Below are positions 40,433-55,919 of a stretch of DNA of 64,000 bases, in pieces; the stretch's first letter is position 1, and each line of letters opens with the position of its first letter. Source of the stretch: the human T2T-CHM13v2.0 reference genome, Homo sapiens; the NCBI RefSeq assembly GCF_009914755.1, contig NC_060931.1; one strand, written 5' to 3'. Below the pieces are notes generated by a model. It worked only from the letters and a program-made list of their open reading frames with translations. It searched no databases and was not told where the DNA came from. Position numbers and translations under genes: made by a program.

Positions 40433-41454
40433 GTTTGATTGTGCTTTCTCTTATTGATCTTATAAATTGATGATTTGAATTTTTCAGTACTTAAATTTTT
40501 CTATTGTTGTTTAATACTCAGTGTCAGTAAATTATTATTACTAGAATTCACTGTCAACTGGAAATGGTGATTTTTGATGATATAAATATATCAAATTTTT
40601 TATTGTTTTAAATATTTTATTATGTCCATGAGAACCACAATTTTTAACATCATTTTCTTTTTGCCTGTATGAGTCTACTGTAGATAATTTGCTATATACA
40701 GAAAGATAAGAAATAAAACATTGCTTATAATTCCCTTAGCCTAAGAGATAGTTTTAGAGTATTTACTCACTGGATGTGCATCTGTATGTTTGTGAGCATA
40801 TATATATGCATTGCATTGTTTTTTAAGTTACTTCAAACATACTTTCTTCATTTAATGGTATATTATGAACATTTTTCTATATGATTTTTCTATACTGTCA
40901 TCTTGAGTGACTAAATCCTCATCCCTATGTAGATGTACAACAACATTAACCTTTCATGTGTGTTGGACATTAAGGTTACTTCCAATTTTTCCTACCATAA
41001 ATAACACTGTACATATGTTTGTGCATAATTTTTTGTTTTTATTTCTCAGATTTCTAAATTCTATAATTACTGAGTTAAAAGGAATGGACATTATTAATTA
41101 AAACTTGATACATATTTTCAAACCACTTTTGGGAAAGATGATTTCAGTTTACATCCTCACTAGAAATTCCTTTTTCATCCATACTAACAATGTGTGTTTT
41201 ATTGTATGTCTCAGTTTGAAATATTACTTTTGTCTTTGTTACTTTGAGTGCTGGAACTGATATTCTTCTAAATAGAAACATGGATTAAAAAGGAAATCTA
41301 TTGAATTGTCTTGTTGAAAATTATAGATTTTCTTGGTATTTCAGTCTGAACTCAGTAAATACTAGTTGAATCTTAACAGAGAAATAATAAATGATCACTG
41401 TTCAATAAATACTTTTCTTATGTGTTTGAAAATACGTAACTTTTGTTTACTTAG

Positions 41455-41586
41455 TTTAAAAAGCAGCTTATTGAATATTTAAATAAGAGTCCCAGTGTGG
41501 ATCACTTGCTATCCATTAAGAAGACATTGAAAAGCTTAAAAGCTCTACTCAGATGGAAATTGGTTGAAAAGAGTAATTTGGAAGAG
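41455..41586 (+). CDS. STK31: STK31 exon (~15, 132 nt): FKKQLIEYLNKSPSVDH...KSNLEE
   Basis: ttttgtttacttag acceptor, GAG|gtaagg donor; phase 0/0. Confidence 0.95.
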
Positions 41587-43025
41587 GTAAGGAAACAGTT
41601 GTTTCTTACTGATCTTTATGTGCATCTCATTTTACTTGGTCTCTGCTTCATAAAAATAATGCATAAATACACTCTTTACAATAAGAGAGCCATTACATTC
41701 ACATTTTGTTTTATATACTTTATCTTGTTTTCTGTGTATATAAATAAAATTGAGATTACAGTAATAGTGTAAAAATTTTCCTATATCATTAAATATTCTT
41801 TAAAAACATTTTCCTAGGCTGCCTTGGTTCTTAGTAACATGAACATTTTAGAATAATTTTAAAAGCTCTTTTAGTTTGGACTGTTAGAATGTTTATTGTA
41901 ATACCAACTTGCTACATGCAGGTGACAGGGTACCCCCTCGAAGGTAGCGTTTTGTCATAAAGTATTTTTAAGATCATGGTATCTTTTGTTAACTCCCTTT
42001 TTATGGATAGATGTAATATTTCTTGCAAGTATTTTAAGTTGCTTTTATATGATAATAGAACTGGAGAGGATTAGGATGCCCTAATCTGGACTAACTTCTT
42101 CCTTTAGGCTTGAAACTTTGTGAATAAGATAGTAAACTTTGTGTTCCTTTGAGGATTTGATTTATGTACAAGGATCTGTATTATGCCTTAATCCAATTTG
42201 AATTATCTGTCTTCTACTTCTGAGCACTGAATTGGGGGTGGAGCGGAGGACTATTCTAGAACTAATATCATAGTTGAAGAACTTTCTAGTTTTATTCTAT
42301 TCTGGGCTTTGGGGAAGTTGATTTTTTTAGTCTGATTTTTCAACTTTTGGAGAAATCTGACTTTTGTTATACTTTAAGTTCTGGGATACATGTGCAGAAT
42401 GTGCAGGTTTGTTACATAGGTATACACGTGCCATGGTGGTTTGCTGCACCCATCAACCCGTCACCTACATTAGGTATTTCTCCTAATGCTATTCCTCCCC
42501 TAGACCCCCACCCCCTGACAGGCCCAGTGTGTGATGTTCCCCTCCCTGTGTCCATATTTTCTCATTGTTCACCTCATCTTATGAGTGAGAACATGCGGTG
42601 TTTGGTTTTCTGTTCCTGTGTTAGTTTGCTGAGACTGATGGTTTCCAGTTTCATCCTTGTCCCTGCAAAGAACACGAACTCGTCCTTTTTTATAGCTGCA
42701 TAATATTCCATGGTGTATATGTGCCACATTTTCTTTATCCACTCAATCATTGGTGGGCATTTGGGTTGGTTCGAAGTCTTTGCTATTGTGAACAGTACTG
42801 CAGTAAACCTACATGTGCATGTGTCTTTATAGTAGAATGATTTATAATCCTTTGGGTATATACCCAGTAATGGTATTGCTGGGTCAAATGGTATTTCTGG
42901 TTCTAGATCCTTCAGGAATTGCCACACTGTCTTCCACAATGGTTGAACTAATTTACACTCCCACCAACAGTGTAAAAGTATTCCTATTTCTCCACATCCT
43001 CTCCAGCATCTGTGGTTTCCTGACT

Positions 43026-44359
<1,334 letters not shown>

Positions 44360-45510
44360 TTATTAAATAGGGAATCCTTTCCCCATTGCTTGCTTCTGTC
44401 AGGTTTGTCAAAGATCAGATGGTTGTAGATGTGTGACATTATTTCTGAGGCCTCTTTGTGTTCCATTGGTCTGTATATCTGTTTTGGCACCAGTACCATG
44501 CTGTTTTGGTTACTGTAGCCTTGTAGTATAGTTAAAGTCAGGTAGCATGATGCCTCCAGCTTTGTTCTTTTTGCTTAGGATTGTCTTGGCTATCTGGGCT
44601 CTTTTTTAGTTCCATATGAAATTTAAAGTAGTTTTAAAAAAATTCTGTGCAGAAATTCAGTGGTGGCTTGATGGGAATAGCATTGAATTTATAAATTACT
44701 TTGGGCAGTATGGCCATTTTCATGATGTTCATTCTTCCTATCCATGAGCATGAAAATTTTTTCCATTTGTTTGTGTCCTCTCTTATTTCGTTGAGCAGTG
44801 GTTTGTAGTTCTCCTTGAAGAGGTCCTTCACATACCTTGTTAGCTGTATTCCTAGATACCTTATTCCCTTTGTAGCAATTGTGAATGGGAGTTCACTCAT
44901 GATTTGGCTCTCTGTTTGCCTATTATTGGTGTATAGGAATGCTTGTGATTTTTGCACATTGATTTTGTATCCTGAGACTTTGCTGAAGTTGCTTATCAGC
45001 TTAAGGAGATTTTGGGCTGAGACGATGGGGTTTTCTAAATATACAATCATGTCATCTGCAAACAGAGACAATTTGACTTCCTGTCTTCTTATGTGAATAC
45101 CTTTTATTTCTTTCTCTTGCTTGATTGCCCTGTCCAGAACTTCCAATACTGTGTTAAATAGGAGTGGTGAGAGTGGGCATGCTTGTCTTGGTGACAGTTG
45201 TCAAAGGGATGCTTCCAGATTTTCCCATTCAGTATGATATTGGCTGTGGGTTTGTCATAAATGGCTCTTAATATTTTGAGATGCATTCCATCAGTACCTA
45301 GTTAGTTGAGAATTTTTAGCAAGAAGTGTGTCAAATTTTATCAAAGGCTTTTTCTGCATCTGTTGAGATAGTCGTGTGGTTTTTGTCATTGGTTCTGTTT
45401 ATGTGATGCATTCTGTTTACTTATTTGCATATTTTGAACCAGCGTTGCATCCCAGGGATGAAGCTGACTTGATTTTGGTGGATAAGCTTTTTGATGTGCT
45501 GCTGAATTCA

Positions 45511-45627
<117 letters not shown>

Positions 45628-47301
45628 TCATAAAATGAGTTAGGGAGGATTCCCTCTTTTTCTGTTGTTTGGAATTGTTTCAGAAAGAATGGTACTAGCT
45701 CTTCTTTGTACCTCTGGTGGAATTCACCTGTGTATCTCTCTGGTCCTGGACTTTTTTTGGTTGGTAGGCTATTAATAACTGCCTCAATTTCAGAACTTAT
45801 TGTTGGTCTATTCGGGGATTCGACTTCTTCCTGATTTAGTCTTGGGAGGGTGTATGTGTCCAGGAATTTTTCCGTTTCTTCTAGATTTTCTAGTCGATTT
45901 GCATAGAGGTGTTTATTGTATTCTGTGATAGTAGCTTGGATTTCTGTGGGATCAGTGGTGATATCCCCTTTATCATTTTTTATTGTGTCTATTTGATTCT
46001 TCTTTATTAGTCTGGCTAGTGGTCTATCTATTTTGTTGATCTTTTCAAAAAACCAACTCCTGGATTCATTGATTTTTTTTTGAAGGGTTTTTCATGTCTC
46101 TATCTCCTCCAGTTCTGCCCTGATCTTAGTTATTTCTTGTCTTCTACTAGCTTTTGAATTAGTTTGTTCTTGCTTCTGTAGCTCTTCTAATTGTGATGTT
46201 AGGGTGTCGATTTTAGATCTTTTCCGCTTTCACCTGTGGGCATTTAGTGCTATAAATTTCCCTCTAAACACTGCTTTAGCTGTGTCCCAGAGATTCTGGT
46301 ACATTGTGTCTTTGTTCTCATTGGTTTCAAAGAACTTATTTATTTCTGCCTTAATTTTGTTAATTACCCAGTAGTCATTCAGGAGCAGGTTGTTCAATTT
46401 CCATGTAGTTGTGTGGTTTTCAGAGAGTTTCTCAATCTTAAGTTCTAGTTTGATTGCACTGTGATCTGAGAGACTTGTTTGTTATGATTTCTGTTCTTTT
46501 CCATTTGCCAGGAAGTGTTTTACTTCCAACTGTGTGGTCAGTTTTAGAATAAGTGTGATGTGGTGCTGAAAAGAATGTATATTCTGTTGATTTGGGGTGG
46601 AGAGTTCTGTAGGTGTTTATTAGGTCCACTTGGTCCAGAGTTGAGTTCAAGTCCTGAATATCCTTGTTAATTTTCCATCTCATTGATCTGTCTAGTCTAA
46701 TACTGACAGTAGGGTGTTAAAGTCTCCCACTATTATTGTGTGGGAGTCTAATTCTCTTTGTAGGTCTCTAAGATCTTGCTTTATGAATCTGGGTGCTCCT
46801 GTATTGGGTGCATATATATTTAAGACAGTTAACTCTTCTTGTTGCACTGATCCCTTTACCATTATGTAATGCCCTTCTTTATTTTTATTTTTTTTTATCT
46901 TCGTTGGTTTAAAGTCTGTTTTATCAGATACCAGGATTGCAATCCCTGCTTTTTTTTGCTCTCCATCTGCTTGGTAAATCTTCCTCCATCCCTTTATTTT
47001 GAGCCTATGGTGTGTCTTTGCACGTCAGATGGGTCTCCTGAATATAGCACACCAATGGGTCTTGACTCTTTATCCAATTTGCCAGTCCTTGTCTTTTAAT
47101 TGGGGCATTTCACCTGTTTACATTTCAGGTCAATATTGTTATTTGTGAATTTGATCCTGTCATTATGATACTAACTGGTTATTTTGCCCATTAGTTGATG
47201 TAGTTTCTTCATAGTGTTGACGGTCTTTACAATTTGGTATGTTTTTGCATTGGCTGGAACCAGTTGTTCCTTTCCATATTTAGTGCTTCCTTTAGGAGCT
47301 C

Positions 47302-48247
47302 TTATAAGGCAGGTCTGATTGTGACAAAGTCTCTCAGCATTTGCTTGTCTATAAAGGATTTTAGTTCTCCTTTGCTTGTGAAGCTTAGTTTGGCTGGATA
47401 TGAAATTCTGGTCTGAAAATTCTTTTCTTTAAGAATGTTGAATATTGGCCCCCACTCTCTTCTGGCATTGTACAGTTTCTGCAGAGAAATTGCTGTTAGT
47501 TTGATGGGCTTCCCTTTGTGAGTAACCCAACCTTTCTCTCTGGCTTCCCTTAACATTTTTTCCTTCATTTCAACCTTGGTGAATCTGACAATTATGTGTC
47601 TTGGGGTTGCTGTTTTTGAGGAGTAGGTTTTTGGTGTTCTCTGTATTTCCTGAATTTGAATGTTGACCTGTCCTGCTAGGTTGGGGAAGTTCTCCTGGAT
47701 AATATGCTTAAGTGTGTTTTCCAACTTGGTTCCCTTTTCCCTGTCACTTTCAGGTACACCAGTCAAACGTAGGTTTGGTCTTTTCACATAGTCGAATATT
47801 TCTTCAAGGCTTTGTTCTTTTTCATTTTTTTTCTTTAATCTTGTCTTCATGCTTTATTTCATTAAGTTGATCTTCAATGTCTGATATCCTTTCTTCTGCT
47901 TGATTGATTTGGCTATTGATACTTGTGTATGCTTCATGAAGTTCTCATACTTTGTTTTTCAGCTCCATGAAGTCATTTATGTTCTTCTCTAAACAGGTTA
48001 TTCTAGTTAGCAATTCGTCTAACCTTTTTTCAAGGTTCTTAGCTTCCTTCCATTGGGTTAGAACATGCTCCTTTAGCTCGGAGGAGTTTGTTATTACCCA
48101 CCTTCTGAAGCCTACTTCTGTCAATTCATCAAACTCATTCTCCATCCAGTTTTGTTCCGTTGCTGGCGAGGACTTGTGATCCTTTGGAGGAGAAAAGATG
48201 TTCTGTTTTTTGAAATTTTCACCCTTTTTGTGCTGGTTTTTTCTCAT
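47302..48247 (-). pseudogene. L1 ORF1p remnant (frameshifted)
   Basis: DYVKRPNLRLTGVPE, ATPRHIIVRFTKVEMKEK, SPATEQNWMENEFDEL. Confidence 0.9.
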
Positions 48248-49610
48248 CTTCTTGGATTTATCTACCTTTGGTCTTTGATGTTGGTGACCTTTGGATGTGT
48301 TTTTTTGTGTGTGGACGTCCTTTTTGTTTATGCTGATGCTATTCCTTTCTGTTTGTTAGTTTTCCTTCTAACAGTCAGTCCCCTCTGCTGCAGGTTTGCT
48401 GGAGTTTGCTGGAAGTCCATTGCAGACCCTGTTTGCCTGGGTATCACCAGCGGAGACTGCAGAACAGCAAAGATTGCTACATGTCCCTTCCTCTGGAAGC
48501 TTCATCCCAGAGGGGCACCTGCCAGATGCTAGCCAGAGCTATCCTGTATGAGGTGTCTGTCGTCCCCTGCTGGGAGGTGTCTTCCAGTCAGGAGGATGGG
48601 GGTCAGGGACCCACTTGAGGAGGCAGTCTGTCCCTTAGCAGAGCTCGAGCACTGTGCTGGGAGATCCGCTGCTCTCTTCAGAGCTGGCAGGCAGAAACAT
48701 TAAAGTCTGCTGAAGCTATGCCCACAGCCGCCCCTTCCCCCAGGTGCTCTGTCCCAGGAGGATGGGAGTTTTATCTATAAGCCCCTGACTGGGGCTTCTA
48801 TCTTTCATTCAGAGATGCCCTGCCCAGAAAGGAATCTAGAGAGGCGGTCTGGCTACAGAGGCTTTGCTGGGCTGCGGTGAGCTCCGTGGAGTCTGAACTT
48901 CCTGGTGGCTTTGTTTACACTGTGAGGGGAAAACTGCCTACTCAAGCCTCAGTAATGACAGAGGCCCCTCCCCCAACCAAGCTGGAGTGACCCAGGTTGA
49001 CTTCAGACTGCCATGCTGGCAGTGAGAATTTCAAGCTAGTGGATCTTAGCTTGCTGGGCCCCATGGGGGTGGGATCTGCTGAGCAGGACCACTTGGCTCC
49101 CTGGCTTCAACCCTCTTTTCAGGGGAGTCAACGGTTCTGTCTTGCTGGCATTCCAGGTGCAAGGGGGGTATGAATAAATATTCCAGCAGCTAGCTCGGTG
49201 TCTGCCCAAACGTCTGCCCAGTTTTGTGCTTGAAACCCAGGGCACTGGTGATGTATGCATCTGAGGGAATCTCCTGCTCTGTGGGTTGTGAAGACTGTTG
49301 GAAAAGCATAGTATCTGGGCCAGAATGAACCGTTCCTGATGGCACAGTCCCTCACGGCTTCCCTTGGCTAGGAGAGCGAGTTCCCCAGCCCCTTGCACTT
49401 CCTGGGTGAGGTGACTCCCCACCCTGCTTTTGCTTGCCCTCTGTAGGCTGCACCCACTGTCTAACTAGTCCCAATGAGATAAGCCGGGTACCTCAGTTTG
49501 AAATGCAGAAATCACTCACCTTGTCTGTTGATCTCGCTGGGAGCTGCAGACCGGAGCTGTTACTATTTGGCCATCTTAGTATCTGGATCCTTGAAATCTG
49601 ACTTTTAAAG

Positions 49611-50243
49611 TGTAAACCAAACTATCTGAGGCAGGTATCAATCAATTTAGAAAGTTTGTTTTGCCAAGGTTAAGGATGCATGCCTGGGAGGCAGGTCTGT
49701 GCCTTTCTCAGAGATGATTTTGAGGGCTTAAATATTTAAAAGGGAAAGGATGGATACTGGGGAAAGAGGAAGAAATTTTAAAAAGATGTGAGTAGATAAG
49801 AGACAGATGGTTTGAATTCTTTAATCCTTGATCACCTTTCAGCAAATACACTATTTACATTTGAGAGAGGGGTAGAGGAATAGTCACTAGCTCAGTGAAT
49901 CTGCATTTTTACATCAGAGGAAGGAATCAGATATGCATTTGTCTCAGTTGAGCAAAGGGATGATGACTTAGAGTTCTGTCCTTTGTCCTGCACCTGAGAA
50001 AATAAGCCATCAATTTACCTTGTCAGGGTAAAATTCAACAGAACTGTTTTAGGGTGAAGATCCTGAGACCCATAAGGAATTTCCTACTGAGCAAATTGTG
50101 AGAGAGGTGTGCAGGGTTTTTATGGTTGTAGCTATCTTATTTAGGAATAAAATGAGAAGCTGGTTTGCCTGACACAGTTCCCAGCTTGACTTTTTCCTTT
50201 GGCTTAGTGATTTAAAGTTCACAAGATTTATTTTCCTTTCACA
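49611..50243 (-). mobile_element. MER4A-type ERV1 solo LTR
   Basis: TG...CA ends; reverse complement starts TGTGAAAGGAAAATAAATCTTG; 4-bp TSD AAAG. Confidence 0.85.
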
Positions 50244-50705
50244 AAAGCATACATACTTTTTAAGGTGGCTTATGTATTATCATTGGAGACAGTTCACACA
50301 TTTACTCATCCTTTTGTTTTGTTTTTAACTAAATATCATGTAGAAGACAATTCTAGGGAATTCAGGTGTATTCTGGTTGCTATTATTAACATTTCTTTTG
50401 TTCGAATGGCAGTTGGCCATCTTTATCTTAGAGAAAATCTACAGCAGATGAAGAGACAAGAAAAATCTGTATAATTGATTTTATGTCTTTACTTTTTGTA
50501 ATTCCTTTTTCTAGGTTTCAGAAAAGTCATTGTTAGAATAAATTGACCTAAGTTAATTCAGCAAGTATTAGAAGGGTCTTTTATGTGCTAGGTACTGAAG
50601 GATACATAGAAACCACACAGAGTAATTTACTATAGAACTTGAATTCTTAAAAGAAGACTTGTTTTCTCTATGTTAATAAAAAACACTTTTTCTTTCTGAT
50701 TCAAG

Positions 50706-50807
50706 TCAGATGATCCTGATGGCTCTCAAATTGAGAAAATAAAAGAAGAAATAACTCAGCTGCGCAATAATGTCTTTCAGGAAATTTATCATGAGAGAGA
50801 GGAATAT
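50706..50807 (+). CDS. STK31: STK31 exon (~16, 102 nt): SDDPDGSQIEKIKEEITQLRNN...HEREEY
   Basis: tttctgattcaag acceptor, TAT|gtaagt donor; phase 0/0. Confidence 0.94.
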
Positions 50808-51476
50808 GTAAGTATTTGGTTCTTTGAAGTTTTACATTAGGTTTTACTCTAGAAATTGAATTTAAATACCCGTTTTATGAAGTGGACTGTAATCACAAGG
50901 CTAGAGGTATTATATAGAAAGTTTATATATATATTGACCTGGTAAGATTTTTGTAAATTTAGAAATAAATTTCACATGACAAAATATTCTGACCATTGTA
51001 CCAGTGTGGAAATAACTGAAAATTGTAAAGAAGGAAAAACATCACTTGTAATATTTCCACTCAGTGATAATAGTAGTAATCACTGTTAACTTTTGACTTT
51101 CTTTTAGTATTTTTTTGTTTGTTTTTAGAATTGAGATTATAGCACAGACACACTTTTGCATATTGCCTTTTTTCTGTTTAACATAAAACCTAAAGACCTT
51201 TTCCTTACATCAACGTCATTTTCCCATAATGTTGCAGTGAAAACATTAATGGAGCACATAATTTAGTTGAAGAATGTAACAAAATAAGTCTACCTGGTTT
51301 TGGGGGCAGGAGAAGTTACATCTTTTAAGTCTCTATTTTTACCACTGATTTTTGTGAGCTTGGGAAAATAAGTCATTGTATTTTTTCTTTAAAATGGAAG
51401 AATATTGTATTTTATATCTGGGAGATGTTACCAGGAAGAAGTTAGTTAAGAAACAGTGCTTTGAAAGTAAAAATAC

Positions 51477-51872
<396 letters not shown>

Positions 51873-52270
51873 TTATGGACCTTGGGTTAAAATAGCGATC
51901 TTGCAATGATTTGACAAGTGTTTAGAAGTTTTGCTTAATAAATATGTGATAAGTGGCTTTTCTTTCGTGAGGGTACTCAATTTTCACATTTATTTCAAAG
52001 TTACTTATGTAGAGCTATGTGTTTTTTCTCTTAGGCTTTAAAAATTTTTCTTAACGAAACAGCTGTTATTTTAAAATGTCACTGTGTTCTTAATATTTTG
52101 AGAAATAATGACAGTTTTATGCCTCAAATTGAAATATTATCAGACATTTTCATTTTAGTTTGGAAGTGGGTGAGGACTTTGACCTTGCAAGATTTGTGCT
52201 TATGTATGTATCCAAAGCTTAAAATTGGTAATTAAATTTTTCTTCAATTAGTAAGATGGTAGTTTAGATG

Positions 52271-52689
52271 GGTTAAAAAAAAAAACTTCAGCCAACTTAA
52301 ATTTAAAGGAGCAATGAACAATTCGCAAATTGGGCAGCTGAATCACGGCATATTCGGAGAGACTCTGGGGATGCTTTGTGGTCAGAACAAATTAATAGAC
52401 GAAAAAAGGAAAGTGGCTTTCAGAAATTGGCAGCGAGGTACAGAAACAGCTATATTGGTTACAGATTGGTGTTTGCCTTATTTGAACACAGTTTGAACAC
52501 TTAGCAGTCTGTAAGTGGTTGAAGTATGGCGGCTGGGATTGGCCAAGACTCAGCTATTGTTATAGGTCCACACTGCTAAGTTACATTTTCAGTCTCGTCT
52601 GCCTGTTAAGCTAGGTTGCAGTTCATCCACAAGGACTCAAATATAGAAGTACGGAGTCCTTCTCAGGCCATGTTTAATTTGCTTTAGCA
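52271..52689 (-). mobile_element. MER57A-type ERV1 solo LTR
   Basis: reverse complement contains ATGGCCTGAGAAGGACTCCGTACTTCTATATTTGAGTCC; 4-bp TSD GATG at 52267-52270 and 52690-52693. Confidence 0.88.
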
Positions 52690-52868
52690 GATGCAAGGTG
52701 AGTCGTGGTTTTCACTTGTTATTTCTTGAAGTAGAAGGCAAAATCAGTGATTATGTATCTTACTGGATATGTTATAAGGTAGATGCTGATATATTTTCCT
52801 GAAGAGCAACGTGTCAAAATTGAATATATATTGATCTACAGTTAAAAACTTTTTTTTTTTAACTTTAG

Positions 52869-52949
52869 GAGATGCTAACTAGTTTGGCACAGAAATGGTT
52901 CCCTGAGCTGCCTCTGCTTCATCCTGAAATAGGATTACTCAAATACATG
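52869..52949 (+). CDS. STK31: STK31 exon (~17, 81 nt): EMLTSLAQKWFPELPLLHPEIGLLKYM
   Basis: T-tract then aactttag acceptor, ATG|gtaaac donor; phase 0/0. Confidence 0.95.
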
Positions 52950-54274
52950 GTAAACTTTGTTTCCCTTGCGAATTACTACTCTTCAGAGGGTGTTGAAAAG
53001 TGATAATATTAAATTTGTGTCAGTGTTAAACTTATAGTATCTTTTAAATAAAAATACTCCTGATGAATATTTTATGGGTATTAGAACTTTTTCTTATGAC
53101 CCTTTAATAGTTGCATGGTATATATTTGTATTTTTATGTAAATTTGCATTATCCGTTTTTCTGCTTTCCTCATCCTCATTCAGTACATTGCATGACACTT
53201 ATTTGAATTATAGGTGTTTACTTTTTGAAATGACAAAATAAAATTTTAACTGCTATTTCAAGAGTTAGGATAAAAACAAGATATTGCCAGCCCTGAGGGA
53301 TTTGAGCACAATGGGTTTTTTAAGTTAAAGCAGTCTGGGAAAAAATTCTAGAGAGGTTGGTTAAGGTAGAGATGTTGAGGTGGGTATGGTTTTCTAGGTA
53401 GGCAGGATTCAAAAGCTGGAGATCAGCATATTAAATAGGGGCCATAGGGAGCAGGATTAGTAAACACTGGTTTACTAATCTGTTAGTCCTGAATCTGTTA
53501 GTCCTGCGATTTATATTGCCTTCTACGGTGAGGGCCTAGATGAGGTATTTATTCATTAAGATTGTCACGAAGTCCATTATAATGGCTTAAATATGGTACA
53601 GAGAGGGATATTTGTGTAGACATGTGAGTTTATTCTAAAAAATATTTAAGATTAAAGTTCCCTAACTTAAATAATTACTCTAAACTCTTTCTAGACTAGA
53701 CTTTAAAATGATGTGAGTTTTTTCTTGCAACTATTTAGCTTAGTGATTACCTTATGCAGTGTGGGCAAATAAGTATGTACTGCCACATGGGACTTGAAAA
53801 TTAATATTTAAAAATATGCTAATCTACTTTATTATGGAAGATTATAAAAGGTTTGACTCATGGTTTATTGAAGTCTTTAATGGCTTTCTGATGTTTAACT
53901 GTAATGTATGCTTAGGAATTTTTTGTAGGTTGATTATGTATTGTAGAATACTTAAATGTACCGACAAGACTTAAAAAAAAAACCCAGAAAACAATTCTAC
54001 AATGCCTCTTACTGAAACTGCACCACAGTAAAACTTAGCTTTGTTTAAAATGTTGATGATCATATTTTAGTGTGAAAAATTATTCCTTTTAAAAAGTAGC
54101 AGAAATATCTAGTAAAATTAGTTATTGAAAGCCATTTTCACTTTTGAGGACTCCAAACAGGGGCAGAGGTGTTAGAATTACTTCATGGTAGTCATAATTT
54201 TTGGACTAATCTTTCCCATTTGATACCTACATTTTTGTCATTATTTTACCTTATTTATTTTTTGTTTTTTTACA

Positions 54275-54425
54275 AATGTTTATTTCAGTAGTTTTTGGGG
54301 TACAGGTGTTTTGTGGTTACATGGATAAGTTCTTTAGTGGTGATTTCTGAGATTTTAGTGCACCCATCACCTGAGTGGTGTACACTAACCCAATATGTAG
54401 TCCCTCATTCCTCACCCCCGTCCCA
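54275..54425 (-). mobile_element. L1PB-type 3' end
   Basis: GGTTACATGGATAAGTTCTTTAGTGGTGATTTCTGAGATTT. Confidence 0.8.
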
Positions 54426-54763
54426 ATCAGTTGTTACTTTAGTATTTTTTAGGAAACATAAGTGGTTTTTCAAGTAAACATTAGGGATGCTAGGATGCAT
54501 GTCTGGTTGATTCTAGTCATTTCCTGAATCTGTTCTAAAATTATAGCAGTAATTAAATGTATGGTGATTACACTTTGGGTAGGAGGAGTTTAAGAGCCAG
54601 GAACTGGAGAAAGTACACAGTTTTAAAGATTTTAATTTTGTTGGTTTTTCCAGTACAGTTGATGGTGTCCAAGTCATTTAATATCGTGTAACTAATTATT
54701 TTGATGATTTTTAAGTGCTGGGATTGTTTGGATTCTTTAACTGTGATAAAAACTTGTGCCTAG

Positions 54764-54889
54764 AACTCTGGTGGTCTCCTTACAATGAGCTTGGAACGAG
54801 ATCTTCTTGATGCTGAGCCCATGAAGGAACTTAGCAGCAAGCGTCCTTTGGTACGTTCTGAGGTTAATGGGCAGATAATTCTGTTAAAG
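54764..54889 (+). CDS. STK31: STK31 exon (~18, 126 nt): NSGGLLTMSLERDLL...NGQIILLK; start of the kinase-like N-lobe
   Basis: gtgcctag acceptor, AAG|gtaagt donor; phase 0/0. Confidence 0.95.
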
Positions 54890-55070
54890 GTAAGTCTAAC
54901 TTCTTCTTACTTGTGGGAGATTCAGCAGCATAAAGGATAGTGGTGCTGTTACATTTCAAGAAAGAAAAAACCTCACTGTTAGTTTTCTAAAGTGTATAAG
55001 TTGACTGGCATGATAATTGTGCTTGTAGTTTGGTTGCCAGAACTAATTTTCACTTTTAAAGTTTCCCTCA

Positions 55071-55338
55071 ATTGAACAATGAGAACACTTGGACACAGGG
55101 CGGGGAACATCACCCGTGGGGGCCTGTCATGGGGTGGGGGGCAGGGGGAGGGATAGCATTAGGAGAAATACCTAATGTAAATGATGAGTTAATGGGTGCA
55201 GCAAACCAACATGGCACATGTATACATATGTAACAAACCTGCACGTTGTGCACATGTACCCTAGAACTTAAAGTATAATAATAAAAATAAGTATATAAAA
55301 GTCATTAAATAAAGCTTTGTCTCACAAGAAAAAAAAAT
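55071..55338 (+). mobile_element. L1PA5/6-like 3' end with a 3' transduction
   Basis: 13-bp TSD AAAGTTTCCCTCA at 55058-55070 and 55339-55351. Confidence 0.92.
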
Positions 55339-55793
55339 AAAGTTTCCCTCATTTCCCTAAATAGAATATGTCCTTAATAGGATATACTTTCCTTTTTTTT
55401 TGGGTGAACTTATTATAGTCATCCAATATCTTTTTAAAATTCTTGATTTTCTTACATTTCTCCTTGAAATCTCAGCTGTGTTATCAGTACAATCTTCTAC
55501 TCTTTAATTTCTTCTTCTCATTGATCTGGGAAACTGTTAATCATGATAATAAGATAATTAATTTGGCCTTAGTTGCTACACATTCTAGAATGTGTAGCAG
55601 GCTACAGGTAGAATTGCACTTTCCTTTTCCAAATTATAGCATTCAAAGAAGATAGAAAAGTACTTATAAAATTAAAAAATAAAATTAGATTTGATTTAAC
55701 TTAAAATAATGAATTATGTTTAAATTGGAATGGTGTATAATTATAATGAGATTTTCATCTTGGAATTACGAGTGCCTCTTTCTTTGGTACAAG

Positions 55794-55919
55794 GGCTATT
55801 CTGTGGATGTTGACACAGAAGCCAAGGTGATTGAGAGAGCAGCCACCTACCATAGAGCTTGGAGAGAAGCTGAAGGAGACTCAGGGTTACTGCCATTGAT
55901 ATTCCTGTTTTTATGTAAG
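55794..55919 (+). CDS. STK31: STK31 exon (~19, 126 nt): GYSVDVDTEAKVIERAATYHRAW...LFLCK
   Basis: tctttggtacaag acceptor, AAG|gtaaag donor; phase 0/0. Confidence 0.95.

Noticed and set aside
53477-53506. 15-bp tandem duplication AATCTGTTAGTCCTG (a similar 20-bp one is near 55940)
   Set aside because: Ordinary slippage with no sign of function
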